Below the pieces are notes generated by a model. The model ran no database searches, was not told the DNA's origin, and saw only the letters and a program-made list of their open reading frames with translations. 64,000 nucleotides of DNA from Leptolyngbyaceae cyanobacterium (GTDB taxonomy: Bacteria; Cyanobacteriota; Cyanobacteriia; Phormidesmidales; Phormidesmidaceae): the NCBI GenBank assembly GCA_965263355.1, contig CBDHHL010000048.1:128001-192000 (forward strand). Direction: 5' to 3'. The position numbers and the translations under genes are program-made. This document shows, piece after piece, positions 61,847 through 64,000 of this stretch (position 1 is the first letter of the stretch; the number at the start of each line of letters is the position of its first letter).

Positions 61847-62383
61847 TTACTTCCCTGATTTACCAGCTTTACGTCTGACCATCTCACCGAGATAGCGTAC
61901 TCCTTTACCTTTGTAGGGTTCAGGGGGTCGAGCATCACGAATCTTAGCGGCAATTGTACCAACCAATTCTTTGTCAATTCCGGACACGATTACATTGGTA
62001 TTACTTTCTACCTTAAACTCGATGCCTGCTGGCGGCTCAAATTCAACCGGATGGCTATAGCCCAGATTCATCGTTAACGTCTTGCCCTTCACAGCTGCAC
62101 GATAACCAACTCCCTTAATCTCAAGGCGTTTTTCAAATCCCTTGGAAACACCTTCTACCATGTTGGCAATTAAGGTACGTGAAAGACCATGACGAGCACG
62201 CGCCAAACGCGAATCATCTTGACGAGTCACCACAACTTGTTCACCCTCTTGGGCAATATTGACCTCTCCAGGTAAAACACGGGACAGCTCACCCTTGGGA
62301 CCTTTAACAGCTACTGATTGAGCATCAATAGATACGGTTACACCTGAAGGTACAGGTACCGGCTTTTTACCAATCCGAGACAT
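61847..62383 (-). CDS. rplF: 50S ribosomal protein L6
   Basis: [22 protein letters not shown]. Confidence 0.99.
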   Translation of the reverse strand: MSRIGKKPVPVPSGVTVSIDAQSVAVKGPKGELSRVLPGEVNIAQEGEQVVVTRQDDSRLARARHGLSRTLIANMVEGVSKGFEKRLEIKGVGYRAAVKGKTLTMNLGYSHPVEFEPPAGIEFKVESNTNVIVSGIDKELVGTIAAKIRDARPPEPYKGKGVRYLGEMVRRKAGKSGK

Positions 62384-62450
62384 TTTTAATCCTTCCCTAA
62401 TCGCCAGCAATGGCCATGCAAATAAACTCTAAGACAAGCAATGTGAAACA

Positions 62451-62852
62451 CTACCAGACATAACAGAGGACTTCCCCACCCACACCCTTATGGCGTGCAT
62501 CCCTATCAGTCATAATGCCACTTGAGGTAGAGACAATGGCAACACCAATCCCTCCCAAAACTCGAGGTAGATCCTTACAGCTTGAATAAACTCGTAAGCC
62601 TGGCTTACTGACACGGGTTAGATTACGAATAATGGGCTGCTGCATTTTACCCTTGTACCTCAGGCTCACAGTAATCATACGTGCCACACCTTCAGTTGAT
62701 TCCGAGGTATCGCCAATAAATCCCTCTTCTTGAAGGACCTTGGCAATATTACGGGTAACTTTGGTAGATGGAATTTGGACAGTCCTATGCCGCGCAAGAT
62801 TTGCATTTCGAATGCGCGTCAGCATGTCTGAAATCGTATCGTTAGACGCCAT
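62451..62852 (-). CDS. rpsH: 30S ribosomal protein S8
   Basis: [26 protein letters not shown]. Confidence 0.99.
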   Translation of the reverse strand: MASNDTISDMLTRIRNANLARHRTVQIPSTKVTRNIAKVLQEEGFIGDTSESTEGVARMITVSLRYKGKMQQPIIRNLTRVSKPGLRVYSSCKDLPRVLGGIGVAIVSTSSGIMTDRDARHKGVGGEVLCYVW

Positions 62853-62873
62853 ATTTCTCTCTCATATAAACCA

Positions 62874-63419
62874 TTAGTTATCCCGGAACGGCATTCCCAA
62901 CTCTTTGAGGAGGGCACGTCCTTCTTCATCGGTCTTGGCAGTGGTAACAATCGTGATATCCATGCCTCGCACCTGATCAACGCTGTCGTAACTAACCTCA
63001 GGAAAAATCAACTGCTCACGCAGTCCCAGAGTATAGTTTCCTCGACCATCAAAACTCTTAGGACTTACACCCCGAAAGTCACGAATACGGGGCAGAACCA
63101 AATTAATTAATCGATTTAAGAATGCATACATGCGTTCTGAACGCAGGGTCACCATGACTCCTACTGGCATACCTTGACGAATTTTAAATCCAGCAATTGC
63201 TTTCTTAGCTCGTGTAATTACTGGCCGCTGACCAGTAATTACGCCTACCTCAGTAACTGACGCTTCTAACGCTTTGGCATTCTGTGAGGCTTCTCCTAAA
63301 CCACGATTAACGGTCACCTTTAATACTTTAGGTACCTGATGTACATTTCTATACTCAAATTGCTCCATCAGCTTAGGAACAACTTTCGTATTGTAAAAAT
63401 CTTTGAGCTGTTCAACCAT
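62874..63419 (-). CDS. rplE: 50S ribosomal protein L5
   Basis: [29 protein letters not shown]. Confidence 0.99.
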   Translation of the reverse strand: MVEQLKDFYNTKVVPKLMEQFEYRNVHQVPKVLKVTVNRGLGEASQNAKALEASVTEVGVITGQRPVITRAKKAIAGFKIRQGMPVGVMVTLRSERMYAFLNRLINLVLPRIRDFRGVSPKSFDGRGNYTLGLREQLIFPEVSYDSVDQVRGMDITIVTTAKTDEEGRALLKELGMPFRDN

Positions 63420-63463
63420 TCTCTCGTTCCTTTCCCTGGGCTTGGTCAGGGACAAATAATAAG

Positions 63464-63805
63464 CTAATCAATAATTTCGCCTGTCTTTTTCAAGATGCGA
63501 ACCTTGCGACCATCTTCAGTAAAGGTATGACCAACTCGACTGGCAACCTTTTCTTTTTTGGAATAAATCATCACATTAGAACTGTGAACTGGAAACTCGG
63601 ATGTCACGAGCTGCCCCGATTCACCTTCTTGGCGAGGTTTTACGTGTTTAGTTCGAATATTGACACCTTCAACAATGACCTGACTTTTCTTAGGTAAGAC
63701 TGCGGTCACTTCACCTACTTTGCCTTTATCCTTGCCGGTGATAACCTGCACAGTGTCGCCTTTCTTGATGTGCATCTTATGACGCACAGGTTGCTTGCTA
63801 GCCAC
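63464..63805 (-). CDS. rplX: 50S ribosomal protein L24
   Basis: [21 protein letters not shown] motif, VEGVN. Confidence 0.99.
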   Translation of the reverse strand: MASKQPVRHKMHIKKGDTVQVITGKDKGKVGEVTAVLPKKSQVIVEGVNIRTKHVKPRQEGESGQLVTSEFPVHSSNVMIYSKKEKVASRVGHTFTEDGRKVRILKKTGEIID

Positions 63806-64000
63806 TACAGTACCTCCGGTGCTAGTGAAACAATTTTAGTAAAGTTGCGATCGCGTAGCTCACGAGCAACCGGCCCAAAAACACGAGTCCCTTTCGGGTT
63901 GTTATCGTTATTAATCAGCACAGCAGCATTATCGTCAAATCGAATACTCATGCCACTGCTACGCCGCAGATTCTTTCTAGTACGAACCACCACTGCCCGA
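63805..64000 (-). CDS. rplN: 50S ribosomal protein L14 (5' part outside the window)
   Basis: [32 protein letters not shown]. Confidence 0.99.
   Translation of the reverse strand, partial: RAVVVRTRKNLRRSSGMSIRFDDNAAVLINNDNNPKGTRVFGPVARELRDRNFTKIVSLAPEVL

Larger units (their letters stand above)
1763..63853. repeat. Dispersed HIP1 octamers GCGATCGC (about 21 copies counted by eye)
   Basis: Examples at 1763, 6848, 14754, 30173, 34873, 41592, 57262; about 1 expected by chance in 64 kb. Confidence 0.95.

Noticed and set aside
60914..62873. Absence of rpsN and rpmD from the spc block
   Set aside because: Normal for cyanobacteria

Overview
Chromosomal window of a cyanobacterium. Evidence: psaL, btpA, sasA, a cpcS-type lyase, ndhD, ccs1, and about 21 HIP1 octamers GCGATCGC counted by eye. 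Most of it is housekeeping: rnz, cobU, rpsF, crhR-rimO, hisB-aroB, pepN, ftsW-ccdA-ccs1, menB, hemJ, a CcmR/NdhR-type LysR, chrA, and the distal spc block rplN to secY-adk-infA. An accessory stretch of about 11 kb (29.1-40.4 kb) holds the best candidate for an uncharacterised system, a four-gene specialised chaperone operon. It encodes an 847-aa TPR protein with a Met/Gly/Pro-rich tail, a mini J-domain protein lacking HPD, a short GrpE, and a lidless Hsp70, with REP-like palindromes between the genes. Downstream lie a collapsed NTPase-TPR pseudogene, an orphan DUF2281-like ORF and an MNT-HEPN toxin-antitoxin pair with both genes disrupted. Other highlights: a candidate ~115-nt sRNA divergent from rnz with an NtcA-type box over its -10, an ATAG-N8-CTAT box between the LysR gene and chrA, a 100-codon open frame directly behind the ccs1 stop, and a break of the ribosomal cluster after infA. 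All calls come from motif recognition by eye; no database searches were run.
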